64,000 nt of DNA from a virus (lineage: Duplodnaviria > Caudoviricetes), in the IMG/VR virus record IMGVR_UViG_3300012979_000044, positions 2,073 to 66,072 of that record, one strand, 5' to 3'. The position numbers were made by a program, and so were the translations under genes. Below are positions 54,825 to 64,000 of the stretch, one piece after another. The notes beneath the pieces are model-generated. The model was not told where the DNA came from, searched no databases, and saw nothing but the letters and a program-made list of their open reading frames with translations. Each line of letters starts with the position of its first letter. Within the stretch, counting starts at the first letter, position 1.

Positions 54825-56061
54825 TTTGATTTTCCTCCTTTTGAAGTTTTGTTTCAGGTTGTTCAGTCTCATTCTCGTTATGGTTGAGATTGCTGTTTAT
54901 CAACTGATCAGCCTTAGGATCCTCGGATGGTTTCATTCCGATAACCTGTCTTATCTCGTTGGATGTAAGGATCTCATTTCTTGTAAACTTGTCAGCGATT
55001 TCCGCAATGTTGTTTACAGGAACGAGCTTGAATACATCTCTGAAATAACAAATAGACTGTCCCTGAGATCGGGCAGTCTTTGTAAGAAACTTTCGTTTCA
55101 TTTCATCAACTATAGCGGACAAGATAGGTTCGATTGTTCGGCTATAGTAGTTAAGCATTGTTTGCTCGTCGGCACTACCGTCAAGTATAGACTGTGTAAG
55201 GCCGAGCTGACTGAATAACAGATTAGTAAGATATTCGATCTGTTTCATCAGGTTGTTTTCCACAGGTCGATTAAGCTGAGTTATGTGCTCAGTTCCGTCT
55301 GTGTAAGCGATTCCATATTTGGAACCAGAGAGTTGCTTTTCGATGTCGGCACGACGTTCCTCTGCTTGTTTACGTCTTGCTTCGGACTTGATTATGTATG
55401 GCAACTGAATGATTAAGTCCAGTTTACCGCTACCGCTTTGTTCGTCTATTGCATCCAGAAGATTAAGCTTTCGAACGAGACGCTGCATGGTTGAACTTGG
55501 TTCATTCATTACTGCATACAGTGGGTTTTCAATAATGGCAACTTGCTTTTTAGGCAGTATAATGTCTTCTTTCTTACCCTTTTTCTCATTGTAGACTTCC
55601 AGCTTTACTTTATCCGGATACCACTCAAGCACTTTACCAGTTCGCATAGATGTAATATCGTACGATCCAGTAACTTTAGGATTGAATGTTGTATCAACAG
55701 GAACAATAGCAACACAACCTTCGTCAAGCATTGACATAACAACATCCTGCATGAACGATCGACCTGTTTGATCGATGTTTGCTTCAAGATTTAAACAGCT
55801 ATTAAGCTTTGAATCTATTGAAGATATGAATCTTCCGTTTTCATCAAGCTTACAGTGTTTAATGTTTATCGCCGCAACATCCAGAGCAATCTTGTTATAG
55901 ATAGATGTAACCATAGATCTCTCGTTTCTTCTTGAGAGTCTAGGACGATCCGGTCTATAACTGTAACCGGGACCAAGGTCGTGATATGACGGCGTAGGGT
56001 CTCGATTCATGAACGCATTCCAGGCATGTTTCAGTCTAGAACCGAATTTTGGTTTTCCCAT
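54814..56061 (-). CDS. Portal protein
   Basis: 415 aa upstream of protease-capsid; EILTSNEIRQVIG C-terminal motif. Confidence 0.85.
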   Translation of the reverse strand: MGKPKFGSRLKHAWNAFMNRDPTPSYHDLGPGYSYRPDRPRLSRRNERSMVTSIYNKIALDVAAINIKHCKLDENGRFISSIDSKLNSCLNLEANIDQTGRSFMQDVVMSMLDEGCVAIVPVDTTFNPKVTGSYDITSMRTGKVLEWYPDKVKLEVYNEKKGKKEDIILPKKQVAIIENPLYAVMNEPSSTMQRLVRKLNLLDAIDEQSGSGKLDLIIQLPYIIKSEARRKQAEERRADIEKQLSGSKYGIAYTDGTEHITQLNRPVENNLMKQIEYLTNLLFSQLGLTQSILDGSADEQTMLNYYSRTIEPILSAIVDEMKRKFLTKTARSQGQSICYFRDVFKLVPVNNIAEIADKFTRNEILTSNEIRQVIGMKPSEDPKADQLINSNLNHNENETEQPETKLQKEENQNGD

Positions 56062-56118
56062 TTTGAATTTTCCTCCGATGTATTAGAGTTATGTCGGACA
56101 GTCATTAAAATTTTAGTT

Positions 56119-59007
56119 TTATTCGCTGAACAATTTCACAAGATTGTTGTAATATACATCTGCATATTTCAGATAGCCGTATACTGACGGATGCACATTG
56201 TTATTCTGTCTTGTAACAATCATAGGATTTCTTGCAGATGCAGGTTGTTCAACTGTGTTATAATCACGCTTGCAATCCAATGCAAAGTACAACTCCGCAC
56301 AATACACGAAAGAATACTCAGGGTTATCGTCATATGTCTTGATGTAATGCTCTACTACATGTAACAAAGCACGTTTTAATCCCTTTGATGATTGTGTTTT
56401 ATTATTGATTCCGCAACCGTCCTGTGTAGCAGGTGGAGTCACGAGTGATACGATTATAGGTATTTCGCTATTATATTCGTGAATCGAATCAATCATAATC
56501 TTTAATGCTGAAAGACTGGCACTTTGAGCCTGACCGTTAGTGCCAAGTCCAATCACTACTGCATCTACAGAATCATATCCTTGCTGTTGCATATAGTAAC
56601 TGAAATTGAATGCTGTTCCGTCATAAAAAGGATTATCGCAATCCGTTCTATAACCTGTTTTTGTTCGGGTATAGTCGTATGTTGCCCAACCGCTTCTACC
56701 CTCGTGATTAACAGCAAATGTATTATCTCCGATAGTCACTGTATCTGTACGTGTTCCAAGCGAAGTGATTCCACCATTAGACAAATTATGTTGAATTTCG
56801 GCTGGGTAAATACCTGCATCGGTCAACGAATCACCGATAAAAATAACTTTTTTATTTGTCGGTTTTTCATCAGCAAGAATTGTGAGTGTAAAAATAGCCG
56901 TATCAACTGCTTCTTTAGATTTCAAGTTTACAAGTGATAATGTTACAACGTGTTCTCCAACATCACTTGCAATAGGTGTTATCCTCAGACAATCGCTTAA
57001 AACTGTCGCTCTGGAAATGTTAGTAACTGAGGCTGTTACATAATAAGCGTCTGTCAAAGCATCAATTACGTTATCAAAGTATAAATTCCATTCGTGTCCG
57101 ACAAGAGCAACACTTCCTTTAGGGATTATAAATTTCGGTACGTCCGTAGGTATGTCCGCTAAACAAGTTAACCAAGTCGGTAAAGGTACCAACCCTTCAA
57201 AATATATAGGTGGATGTTCTTTAATCTTTTCAAGTCCAATATATAAACAAGTGGCTGTCGGGAATTGCGTGATTATCATTGCAATGTCACAAATCCAACT
57301 GCCGTCCTCGTTTACTGTAAGCCAATTTGGTATTGTTGCAAGATTGTTCCATTTTCCCGAGAATGTAACATATTCATCGTCATTTTCGCCTTTGGCAATC
57401 GTTAAAGCTCTCATTACGTATGTTGTATTTTCTGTATACTGTGTTGATTTTAACAAACCTGTTGTTATAACACTTAAATCGATTTTTACAAGATAACCGT
57501 TAGCGTAATCCTTAATTTCAAGTTTTTTTGTTGATGTGTCATAATTCTGTATTCTCTTACCATCGATAATACTCTTTCCTACTGTAATATCATCAATCGT
57601 TAAGTTTTGCTTGAGATTATTAGGTGATACACCGTCCGTAGTCATTTTAATAGCAGGTGTGATATTAACATTAAGTTCGCTAACACTTGACGAAATCTCA
57701 TGCAAGGTATTAACGAATACCAAGCTAAATCCATCAGCATTAGCAGACTCATATGTGAAATAACCGTGAGTTGCTCCCTGTGGCACATTTATATCCTGTG
57801 TTTCAACTGTACCAAGACCGCCTGATATAAATATATCTCCGTTGAAAAAACCATATCCTGCCAGTGTTTCATCAACACCGCATTTATACTCATATTTTTC
57901 GCCATAGTGTACTGGTATCTTAACCGTTGTATAAGCCACATTATTGTTAAAGTTTCCATTTACACTAATATATGTATTTTCCAACGTTTCTTCTATTTTT
58001 ACAAAAGACAACTCGTTGAATTTCTGATTTAAAGCGGACTCAATATTGTTTATACCACCTAAAGCTTCAACTATAATGTCCGGTTTATTAGACTTTCGGC
58101 ATGAGAAATATGCGATAGTTGCATTTTCGGGAGCTGCCACTATTGTTGTACCTTTTGTGGCAACACCGCCCGAAATATACTTAGTGCCGTTAAAAAAGGC
58201 ATAACCTGCTGTCGTTTCATCGTAACTGCTTGTATATCTATACTGCGAACATGGTGTTACAAATACTTTTAACATATCATATCTTTCATGTGTTAAAAGT
58301 CCGCCTGTTGAGGAAACATATTTACCCTCAATCATTTCACCGCTTATATGCGTAAGATATTGTACATCTTCCGAAACCTTTAAAATATCAGTTTCATTCT
58401 GATCAAGTCTTGTTTTCAGATTTGGATGTGTCGTACCGTCAACAGCAACTCTCGCCTGGGTTACTTCATTCGCCAGAGCGTCATAGCTTTCAGGAACAGA
58501 CTCGTCAAGATATGCATCGACATCGGCTTTAAGTTTGTTAAGGATATCAGTAACTTCCTCAGGAGTAACCTGATCAGTGACTTCGAGTCCTTCGATAACT
58601 CGGACATTAGCTATCGCGGTGCTGAATGACTGAGTTACAACACCGTTGGTTGTCTTGAGCATTTTGACAACGAAATTCACAGTACCTTTTGCTGCTGTGA
58701 CGTCGGAATCAACAAGCCAAGTAAACAGAATCTTATCTTCACTCACTGTCACGTCAGTTACAGTATAGTAATTACCCAGACCCTGAGCGTTTACATAGTT
58801 GATTCTGGTTTCGAATGTAGACATGTCGAAGCCGTTGTAATATCGAGGCATCCGGAAGTTGATGCGATTGATGTTCTTATCACCAACGACACCCGCAATA
58901 ACTCCATCAGCTGGTACAGCTATAGTTCTCATGTCTTCGTCAATGTTAAACTGTACGGAGTCTTCCAAATATCCCATTTCAGCCATTACTTCATTTAAAC
59001 TAGCCAT
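56119..59007 (-). CDS. BppU-like N-terminal domain + duplicated beta domains + SGNH/GDSL hydrolase (accessory virion fibre)
   Basis: VVGDKN.NRINF.MPRYY; IFIGDSLT, GRSGW, GLGTN, NVHP. Confidence 0.75.
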   Translation of the reverse strand: MASLNEVMAEMGYLEDSVQFNIDEDMRTIAVPADGVIAGVVGDKNINRINFRMPRYYNGFDMSTFETRINYVNAQGLGNYYTVTDVTVSEDKILFTWLVDSDVTAAKGTVNFVVKMLKTTNGVVTQSFSTAIANVRVIEGLEVTDQVTPEEVTDILNKLKADVDAYLDESVPESYDALANEVTQARVAVDGTTHPNLKTRLDQNETDILKVSEDVQYLTHISGEMIEGKYVSSTGGLLTHERYDMLKVFVTPCSQYRYTSSYDETTAGYAFFNGTKYISGGVATKGTTIVAAPENATIAYFSCRKSNKPDIIVEALGGINNIESALNQKFNELSFVKIEETLENTYISVNGNFNNNVAYTTVKIPVHYGEKYEYKCGVDETLAGYGFFNGDIFISGGLGTVETQDINVPQGATHGYFTYESANADGFSLVFVNTLHEISSSVSELNVNITPAIKMTTDGVSPNNLKQNLTIDDITVGKSIIDGKRIQNYDTSTKKLEIKDYANGYLVKIDLSVITTGLLKSTQYTENTTYVMRALTIAKGENDDEYVTFSGKWNNLATIPNWLTVNEDGSWICDIAMIITQFPTATCLYIGLEKIKEHPPIYFEGLVPLPTWLTCLADIPTDVPKFIIPKGSVALVGHEWNLYFDNVIDALTDAYYVTASVTNISRATVLSDCLRITPIASDVGEHVVTLSLVNLKSKEAVDTAIFTLTILADEKPTNKKVIFIGDSLTDAGIYPAEIQHNLSNGGITSLGTRTDTVTIGDNTFAVNHEGRSGWATYDYTRTKTGYRTDCDNPFYDGTAFNFSYYMQQQGYDSVDAVVIGLGTNGQAQSASLSALKIMIDSIHEYNSEIPIIVSLVTPPATQDGCGINNKTQSSKGLKRALLHVVEHYIKTYDDNPEYSFVYCAELYFALDCKRDYNTVEQPASARNPMIVTRQNNNVHPSVYGYLKYADVYYNNLVKLFSE

Positions 59008-59008
59008 A

Positions 59009-59335
59009 TCATCCCTCCTGACGTATAATTATTGAGTCCGTAGACATTTTACATCTTTCTCGCAGACTTACGAGTTTAAGTTTGAAGCATGGTGAATCTG
59101 TAATTTCATCCGGAACCATGCACGTTCCATCGATGTCTACTGGAACGGCGTACTCTTTCTTGTCACGTTCGAACACGGCAATAATCTTAGAGTCCAGTAC
59201 GTCTCTTCCAATGAAATCGAAACGACATTTGAGAAGACCTTTAGAGCCTCTAACGATATTTGAGAAATCTCCTTCTTTCATCAACCTCTGTCCTTCGACA
59301 TTGAACTGAAGTATTCTCACGATTACCACCTCCAT
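59009..59335 (-). CDS. Hypothetical structural protein
   Basis: Co-oriented, between terminase and the fibre gene. Confidence 0.65.
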   Translation of the reverse strand: MEVVIVRILQFNVEGQRLMKEGDFSNIVRGSKGLLKCRFDFIGRDVLDSKIIAVFERDKKEYAVPVDIDGTCMVPDEITDSPCFKLKLVSLRERCKMSTDSIIIRQEG

Positions 59336-59341
59336 TTTGAA

Positions 59342-59842
59342 TTAATCTTCTAACAAGAAGTTACGACCTCTGTTGATAAGAGCTACGTCGACGTCTTTAA
59401 GACCCTGTTCGAACATTCGCTTATACTTTTCGTTCTTTTCGATTTTAGCTCTGGTCTTTGCTGCCTGGGCTTCCATCTGCGCTACTTTGTATTTGAGTTG
59501 ATTGGCTTTAGCACGTCTCTTATGTGCTCTATCAGCGTTTCTGGTTCTGTCAGCTTTAGCGTTTAACTTAGCTGCTTTTTCATTCAGCTTAGCTGCTTTT
59601 GGAGCATTCTTTGTGACCTGCTCATAGCGTCTTTTCTCAAGCGCCTCACTTCTTGAATCGAGTTTTGCGATCTTCTTGTTGATTTTCTTCTGATGTGATT
59701 CCAGCGTACGAACCGCCTTATCACGATCAGCAGTATTACCAGACGAGTTAGCAGTAGACAGTTTCTTACGTGCTCTATGAACACCCCATCGCATGCCCTT
59801 CACACCATAATGTGTGAGCTCGTCATTTCTGTTATCATACAT
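59342..59842 (-). CDS. Basic coiled-coil protein with HYGVKGMRWG motif
   Basis: DELTHYGVKGMRWGVHR. Confidence 0.8.
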   Translation of the reverse strand: MYDNRNDELTHYGVKGMRWGVHRARKKLSTANSSGNTADRDKAVRTLESHQKKINKKIAKLDSRSEALEKRRYEQVTKNAPKAAKLNEKAAKLNAKADRTRNADRAHKRRAKANQLKYKVAQMEAQAAKTRAKIEKNEKYKRMFEQGLKDVDVALINRGRNFLLED

Positions 59843-59857
59843 AAATGTTCACCTTCC

Positions 59858-61603
59858 TTATTCGAAAGCGTCCCTATTAAGTTTATAAGACACATAAGCA
59901 TCCATCATAGCTGCTACAGCGTCTATCTTTTGATCATATCGTTTCTTCAACAGTTTCCTGTTACCGTTTGTATCTTCGAGAGTGATACAGTTTCCCATTG
60001 CGAATTGCATGAGATCTTCGTCAAATAACAACATTCTTTCTTCTGAAAGTTTCTTGAGTTCACCAAGTGGTACAGATTCGGTCTTTGCGCCTTGAATAAC
60101 TTTTTCAATACCAAAGGGGCCGTTCTCTCTTTCCCATCTTTCAACGAAGTCCCGTGCATTGTACGGGTCATACCCGAAGCAGCGAATGTCATAGTTGCTG
60201 TTGTTAATGTGATTATCAAGATCCTCGTAAACTTCCATCATATCCAACACAGTTCCCTCAAGAACTATTAAACTACCTTCTCTCATGAATTCTTCATACT
60301 TGAATCGCATTGCGGATGGTAATTTACTGAGTGTCAACGATGTAATATAGTTTCGAGTCTTTATACCGAAGCAACCGTTTGACAATGGGAATAAGAAAGT
60401 GAACGCACAGAAGTCATCACCTTGCGAAAGGTCTGCGCCTAACGCACAAGGCATACCCCAGTAGTCTCTTCGTCTATGCGGGAGCGTCTCTTCATAAGTG
60501 AAGAAATATGTATAACCTTCCATAGGAATACCGAAACGTTTTGCGAGAATATCATTACGAACAGCAGGAGCTTTCTCGGCTCTTTCTACGTCGAGCTGGT
60601 ATGTCTCGTAAGTTACAGTCTTACCTAGGTTAGGATTGGCCTTAAGCCACTTGGACGGATCAGCTACTTCGTCAATAGAATCAAGTTTATACCACCAGAT
60701 GGACACATGAGGATTCACGTATTCACCCTTGAGTATGTCCATTAACTCCATTTTGATTGTATCGCCGGATCCGTTACGCACTGTTCCTTCAGAACTGATA
60801 GCGACGATAAGATAGTCGTCATTCTTGGAAGCACCCTGTTCGGCTGCGCCCACGACGTCCTCTCTGATGTCACCAGAAAGCCATTCGTCAATCGTCCAGT
60901 ACTTAGCTCTTGAACCCTGAATCTTATCAATTGACATTGGTCTGATTTCAAGGAGTGAGCCAGTCAAGAAATTCTCAATTCCCTTTTTGGTAGAGACGAG
61001 CTTCTGACGATTAGCTTTAGAACCAGTTGTGTTCTGGATAGAACCTTCTGTTAAGAACTTATACAACGGTCCTCTAGCTCTGGTTATGGCAGTTCTGAAC
61101 GGACTCATAACTTCCTCAGCCTGCTTCATTGTAGGTGCTGTTGTAATCTGATGTGTGGTCGATGTGTCTACGTTTAAGAAGAAGTTTTGTAGGCAGGACG
61201 CATACATCGATTTAGCTGCGCCTCGTGCGACAATAAGATACTGCTTGTTGATTAATCGTTTCTTGATTAATTTCTTTACGTAATGTCCACCATGACCATC
61301 AGGATCAGGCTCGTATACGCTACGTTCAACAAAGTAATACCAACCAAATATCTGTTCCGCCCAAAGTTTAAATGAATCTAATAGATGTAAGTCTTCACCG
61401 TCAGTTAAGGTGAGCTCATTCTCACAATACGCAATAAACCCATCGACAGCTTGGTCGTCATACCAAATGCCAGGGTTATCGATTAACGCATCTATTCGGT
61501 TCATCTCCATTGAGACTTCTTCACATACTGGTATTTCACCTCGAATTACGGCATCTCGAAACTGTCCGTAATATTTAGGGACAGCAGTATTTGATAATGC
61601 CAT
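59858..61603 (-). CDS. terL: Terminase large subunit
   Basis: VARGAAKS (Walker A), WTIDEW (Walker B), GADLSQGDDFC, KIDAVAAMMD nuclease. Confidence 0.92.
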   Translation of the reverse strand: MALSNTAVPKYYGQFRDAVIRGEIPVCEEVSMEMNRIDALIDNPGIWYDDQAVDGFIAYCENELTLTDGEDLHLLDSFKLWAEQIFGWYYFVERSVYEPDPDGHGGHYVKKLIKKRLINKQYLIVARGAAKSMYASCLQNFFLNVDTSTTHQITTAPTMKQAEEVMSPFRTAITRARGPLYKFLTEGSIQNTTGSKANRQKLVSTKKGIENFLTGSLLEIRPMSIDKIQGSRAKYWTIDEWLSGDIREDVVGAAEQGASKNDDYLIVAISSEGTVRNGSGDTIKMELMDILKGEYVNPHVSIWWYKLDSIDEVADPSKWLKANPNLGKTVTYETYQLDVERAEKAPAVRNDILAKRFGIPMEGYTYFFTYEETLPHRRRDYWGMPCALGADLSQGDDFCAFTFLFPLSNGCFGIKTRNYITSLTLSKLPSAMRFKYEEFMREGSLIVLEGTVLDMMEVYEDLDNHINNSNYDIRCFGYDPYNARDFVERWERENGPFGIEKVIQGAKTESVPLGELKKLSEERMLLFDEDLMQFAMGNCITLEDTNGNRKLLKKRYDQKIDAVAAMMDAYVSYKLNRDAFE

Positions 61604-61627
61604 ATTAGTCTCCTTTTAAGATTTGTG

Positions 61628-62383
61628 TTAGTTAGTTACACGACGAGCAATCTCGTCTTCGATAAGATCAAGTATGTCATCTCTGGTTAAACCGGATGTC
61701 CTGTTGTTGTTCTTATTTTGATTGTTAGAATCGCCGTTGCCGTCGATATATTTGTCGATGAACTTACGCAGATTCTCCTCGTTTTTCGCTCGATTAGCAA
61801 GTTCCTGAATTTCCTTGTTGGACAGCTTATTAATATTCTTAAGCTTGCCTTTATAATTCAGTGGTTCAGGCGTCTTAACATCAAAGCCCATCTTTTTAGC
61901 AAGCGCTTTACAGATCGGTTTCTGAGTGAATTCGTAAATCTCGTTAGCTTTTCTACCGTAAGCGAGAAATTTGTCCATGCGATCGAGACCTGTCTTCTTC
62001 GTAGAAGCAGCTATTTCGCTGAGTTTAGCCTCAGTATTAATGCGGTTGATTCTCTCATTGATTTCGGCAGTGGTAAGGAGATCACGATTCTTATAGAGCT
62101 CCCTAGCATCGGTACTTTTCAGCATTCGTGCTCTTCGCTCTTCCATGGTCTCTTTCTCAATAGCTTCTCGTCTCGCTTTTGCTTCCGCAGCCTTTTCAGT
62201 TTTGACACGCTTCTTCTTAGTGAAATATCCTTCTCGCTTTTCTCGGCCGCCGTCGCCAGATCCCTCACGAGCTCTACGCATTTTAAGTCCGAGAGGTGTC
62301 CAAGTACCGTCTTTGTTCTGGTACTTACGCTGACCCCATTTCATACCTTTCTTACCGCTGTGATAGAGTTCCAGTTCGTTCAT
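61628..62383 (-). CDS. Basic protein with HSGKKGMKWG motif
   Basis: ELYHSGKKGMKWGQRKYQNKDGTWTPLG. Confidence 0.8.
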   Translation of the reverse strand: MNELELYHSGKKGMKWGQRKYQNKDGTWTPLGLKMRRAREGSGDGGREKREGYFTKKKRVKTEKAAEAKARREAIEKETMEERRARMLKSTDARELYKNRDLLTTAEINERINRINTEAKLSEIAASTKKTGLDRMDKFLAYGRKANEIYEFTQKPICKALAKKMGFDVKTPEPLNYKGKLKNINKLSNKEIQELANRAKNEENLRKFIDKYIDGNGDSNNQNKNNNRTSGLTRDDILDLIEDEIARRVTN

Positions 62384-62398
62384 TTTGATTCACCTCTT

Positions 62399-62731
62399 TC
62401 ACTGATGATTAGTTAATCGCCATTCCAGTTCAGTAGCCTGTCGTGTTAGCGCTTCCATAACTGATGAACTTGCTGGAGGATCGAAAACCAGTTTTACTTT
62501 TATGTAAATATAAGTTTTCACACCTTCAACTTTGAGCATGTCAGCATCTGGAATATAGTCGGACCAGGTAGATGTCTCGTCTTTGATCATGAATCCTTTC
62601 GCTGGTCCTACACCCATTTGGTTGAGACTCATGAAAACAGTGTTGATGTGCGTGATTATGTCTGGATCAAACTGCGTGTAATCAGCACCAGGTCCGAGTA
62701 GTTTCTTGATAGAGGTAAGGATGCTTTCCAT
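62399..62731 (-). CDS. Head-tail connector-like protein
   Basis: MESILTSIKKLLG...VKLVFDPP...ELEWRL. Confidence 0.55.
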   Translation of the reverse strand: MESILTSIKKLLGPGADYTQFDPDIITHINTVFMSLNQMGVGPAKGFMIKDETSTWSDYIPDADMLKVEGVKTYIYIKVKLVFDPPASSSVMEALTRQATELEWRLTNHQ

Positions 62732-62743
62732 ACGGATCACCTC

Positions 62744-63028
62744 TTAGTCTTTTGTGATAAACTTCTTCATGCAGAAACCATTTAAGCCGGTTCCGATTGT
62801 GGTAATTTCATACCAGTCTTTATGTGTCAGCTCGTCTTCGATGGTTACTTTCGTACCTTCGGGGATTACGCCAATTATAGTACCGTTAGGATCCTTTCGA
62901 ACATTGAGATGCGCGCATGCAACTTTACCGAACACAGGTTCTTTTGTGTCGATAGTTGTTTCTGTGTCGGGAGCCACCTCTTCGACAGGTTTTGCTACCT
63001 TTGGGAATTCTTTAAAGTGTTTACTCAT
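62744..63028 (-). CDS. SH3b-domain protein
   Basis: LNVRKDP...IIGVIPEGTKV...WYEI...GFCM. Confidence 0.7.
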   Translation of the reverse strand: MSKHFKEFPKVAKPVEEVAPDTETTIDTKEPVFGKVACAHLNVRKDPNGTIIGVIPEGTKVTIEDELTHKDWYEITTIGTGLNGFCMKKFITKD

Positions 63029-63041
63029 TTTGATTCACTCC

Positions 63042-63473
63042 TTAATCACGTCGCCAAGGACATGTGTCATTTCTTCTGCGTTCAACTGGTGCGGTAAAGA
63101 GTTTACTACCGTCGCCATAGTGGATCGCATCGTGTGTAGATTTGAAAGTGCATATAAGGTATTCTGGATTAAGCAGGTAATCGCTCCTTCGCAGAATATC
63201 CTCAGTGGTTATGGGATTCATGTGATGAATCAGTATTCGTGTCTTGATCTCTCGATCGGGACATGCCAGATCGCAACCTTGATCACGAATAATTACATGG
63301 TCTCGAATAGCTAGCCATTCCGGATCTCTTTGATAGAATTTCTGATTCAAATATCTATCGAAACCGAAAGTCTCTTCGCCAACTCGACCATTCAATCTTA
63401 AATATTCGAAACGCTCTTCAAAAGTTGGTAACTGGATCAACTCAGAATATGTTCTAATAGTCTTCGTCGTCAT
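63042..63473 (-). CDS. HNH endonuclease (packaging-associated)
   Basis: RDQGCDLAC...IHHMNP...NPEYLIC...THDAIH; start moved to MTTKTIR. Confidence 0.8.
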   Translation of the reverse strand: MTTKTIRTYSELIQLPTFEERFEYLRLNGRVGEETFGFDRYLNQKFYQRDPEWLAIRDHVIIRDQGCDLACPDREIKTRILIHHMNPITTEDILRRSDYLLNPEYLICTFKSTHDAIHYGDGSKLFTAPVERRRNDTCPWRRD

Positions 63474-63807
63474 AGTTACTCGGACCCCCTTGACCAGCAT
63501 AATTTCGCATAGCTTCAAGTGCTTCAGTATACAGAGCTTCGACTCTTTTCTGAGATTGCAGCTGCTCAGTTTTAGCAGTAATAAGATCCTTCTGCTTTTC
63601 GAGAATTTCCTTTTCGATTCTTTCTTTCGTAGAACCGAGTTTCAAATAATGAGTTATGACCTGAGAAGAAGCAGTTCCATCTCTCAATTGCTGTTCAGCC
63701 AGGTCTACCGCTAAAGATATCATTTGATTCTCTCTAGCTTCCGGTGTTAGTGCAGGCCTCATTCTAGAGACTTTGTCGCTTTTAGATGACTTTGTACCCT
63801 TAGGCAT
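63454..63807 (-). CDS. Conserved protein at the head of the packaging block, possible terminase small subunit
   Basis: RPALTPEARENQMI.LA.DLAE.QL; position; AGGAG RBS before MPKG. Confidence 0.55.
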   Translation of the reverse strand: MPKGTKSSKSDKVSRMRPALTPEARENQMISLAVDLAEQQLRDGTASSQVITHYLKLGSTKERIEKEILEKQKDLITAKTEQLQSQKRVEALYTEALEAMRNYAGQGGPSNYDDEDY

Positions 63808-63843
63808 GGTGTCTGTTTCATCTCCTTTACTGATTATCATAAC

Positions 63844-63964
63844 TTTTTAGCGACATTTAGAGAGGTTTATGCGAGTTTAGTAGACAGTGAAAGGAGACAC
63901 AAAAACCGTTCTTTTGAAATCGAGAGACCATAATCACATAAACCTCTTTAGATGCCGCTAAAAA
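63844..63964. repeat. 28-bp imperfect inverted repeat with 65-nt spacer
   Basis: 63844-63871 vs 63937-63964, 3 mismatches. Confidence 0.8.
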
Positions 63965-64000
63965 CATTTTCCAAATATCACCGCCGGGGATTTTTCAAGG

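Larger units (their letters stand above)
38770..60756 (-). promoter_or_regulatory. 17 exact copies of TCAAAATGG, candidate late promoter or late DNA signal
   Basis: Plus-strand CCATTTTGA at 38770, 39628, 42562, 43031, 44773, 45632, 46274, 47167, 49677, 51052, 51674, 53028, 54332, 54821, 56058, 59332, 60748. Confidence 0.6.
1..64000 (-). mobile_element. Temperate tailed phage (siphovirus-like) genome, nearly complete
   Basis: Terminase, portal, protease-capsid, tail tube, tape measure, holins, lysin, replicase, repressor and integrase are all present; no host housekeeping genes; candidate attP is intact. Confidence 0.95.

Noticed and set aside
1-64000. Genome-wide TAG recoding suggested by the TAG at 32709
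   Set aside because: The 2367-aa and 1411-aa genes have no in-frame TAG, and TAG ends genes directly before terminators or motifs (4202, 12290).

Overview
The whole 64-kb window (about 40% GC by eye) looks like one long-tailed temperate phage genome, probably with a Bacillota/Clostridia host (GH25 lysin, Dp-1-type holin, SleB hydrolase). I saw no host genes. Nearly all genes are on the minus strand. Read from the right end: packaging and head genes (63.8-53 kb), tail (52.7-35 kb), holins (34.5-35 kb), many small accessory genes (34-24 kb) interrupted by a plus-strand repressor plus large serine integrase island (29.9-32.0 kb) with an apparently intact attP (32475-32530), a replication block with a 1411-aa helicase-primase-PolB fusion, more small genes, a likely origin (3.4-3.9 kb), and the N-terminus of a large gene running off the left edge. 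The most striking signals are non-coding. (1) 27 same-strand copies of a non-sigma70 motif CGCG-N7-C-N8-TTATG head short promoter-gene-terminator cassettes. Some cassettes appear to encode structured RNAs rather than proteins, including an anticodon-less tRNA mimic, and cassette parts are duplicated between distant loci. (2) 17 exact same-strand copies of TCAAAATGG are seen only in the structural region. (3) An L-x-H-[YHS]-G N-terminal peptide is shared by four proteins and echoed by L-x-H sites in the protease-capsid polyprotein. My inference is a phage-specific transcription system, possibly a virion-packaged phage RNA polymerase driving a shuffled cassette array. All family assignments come from motif recognition by eye; no searches were run.
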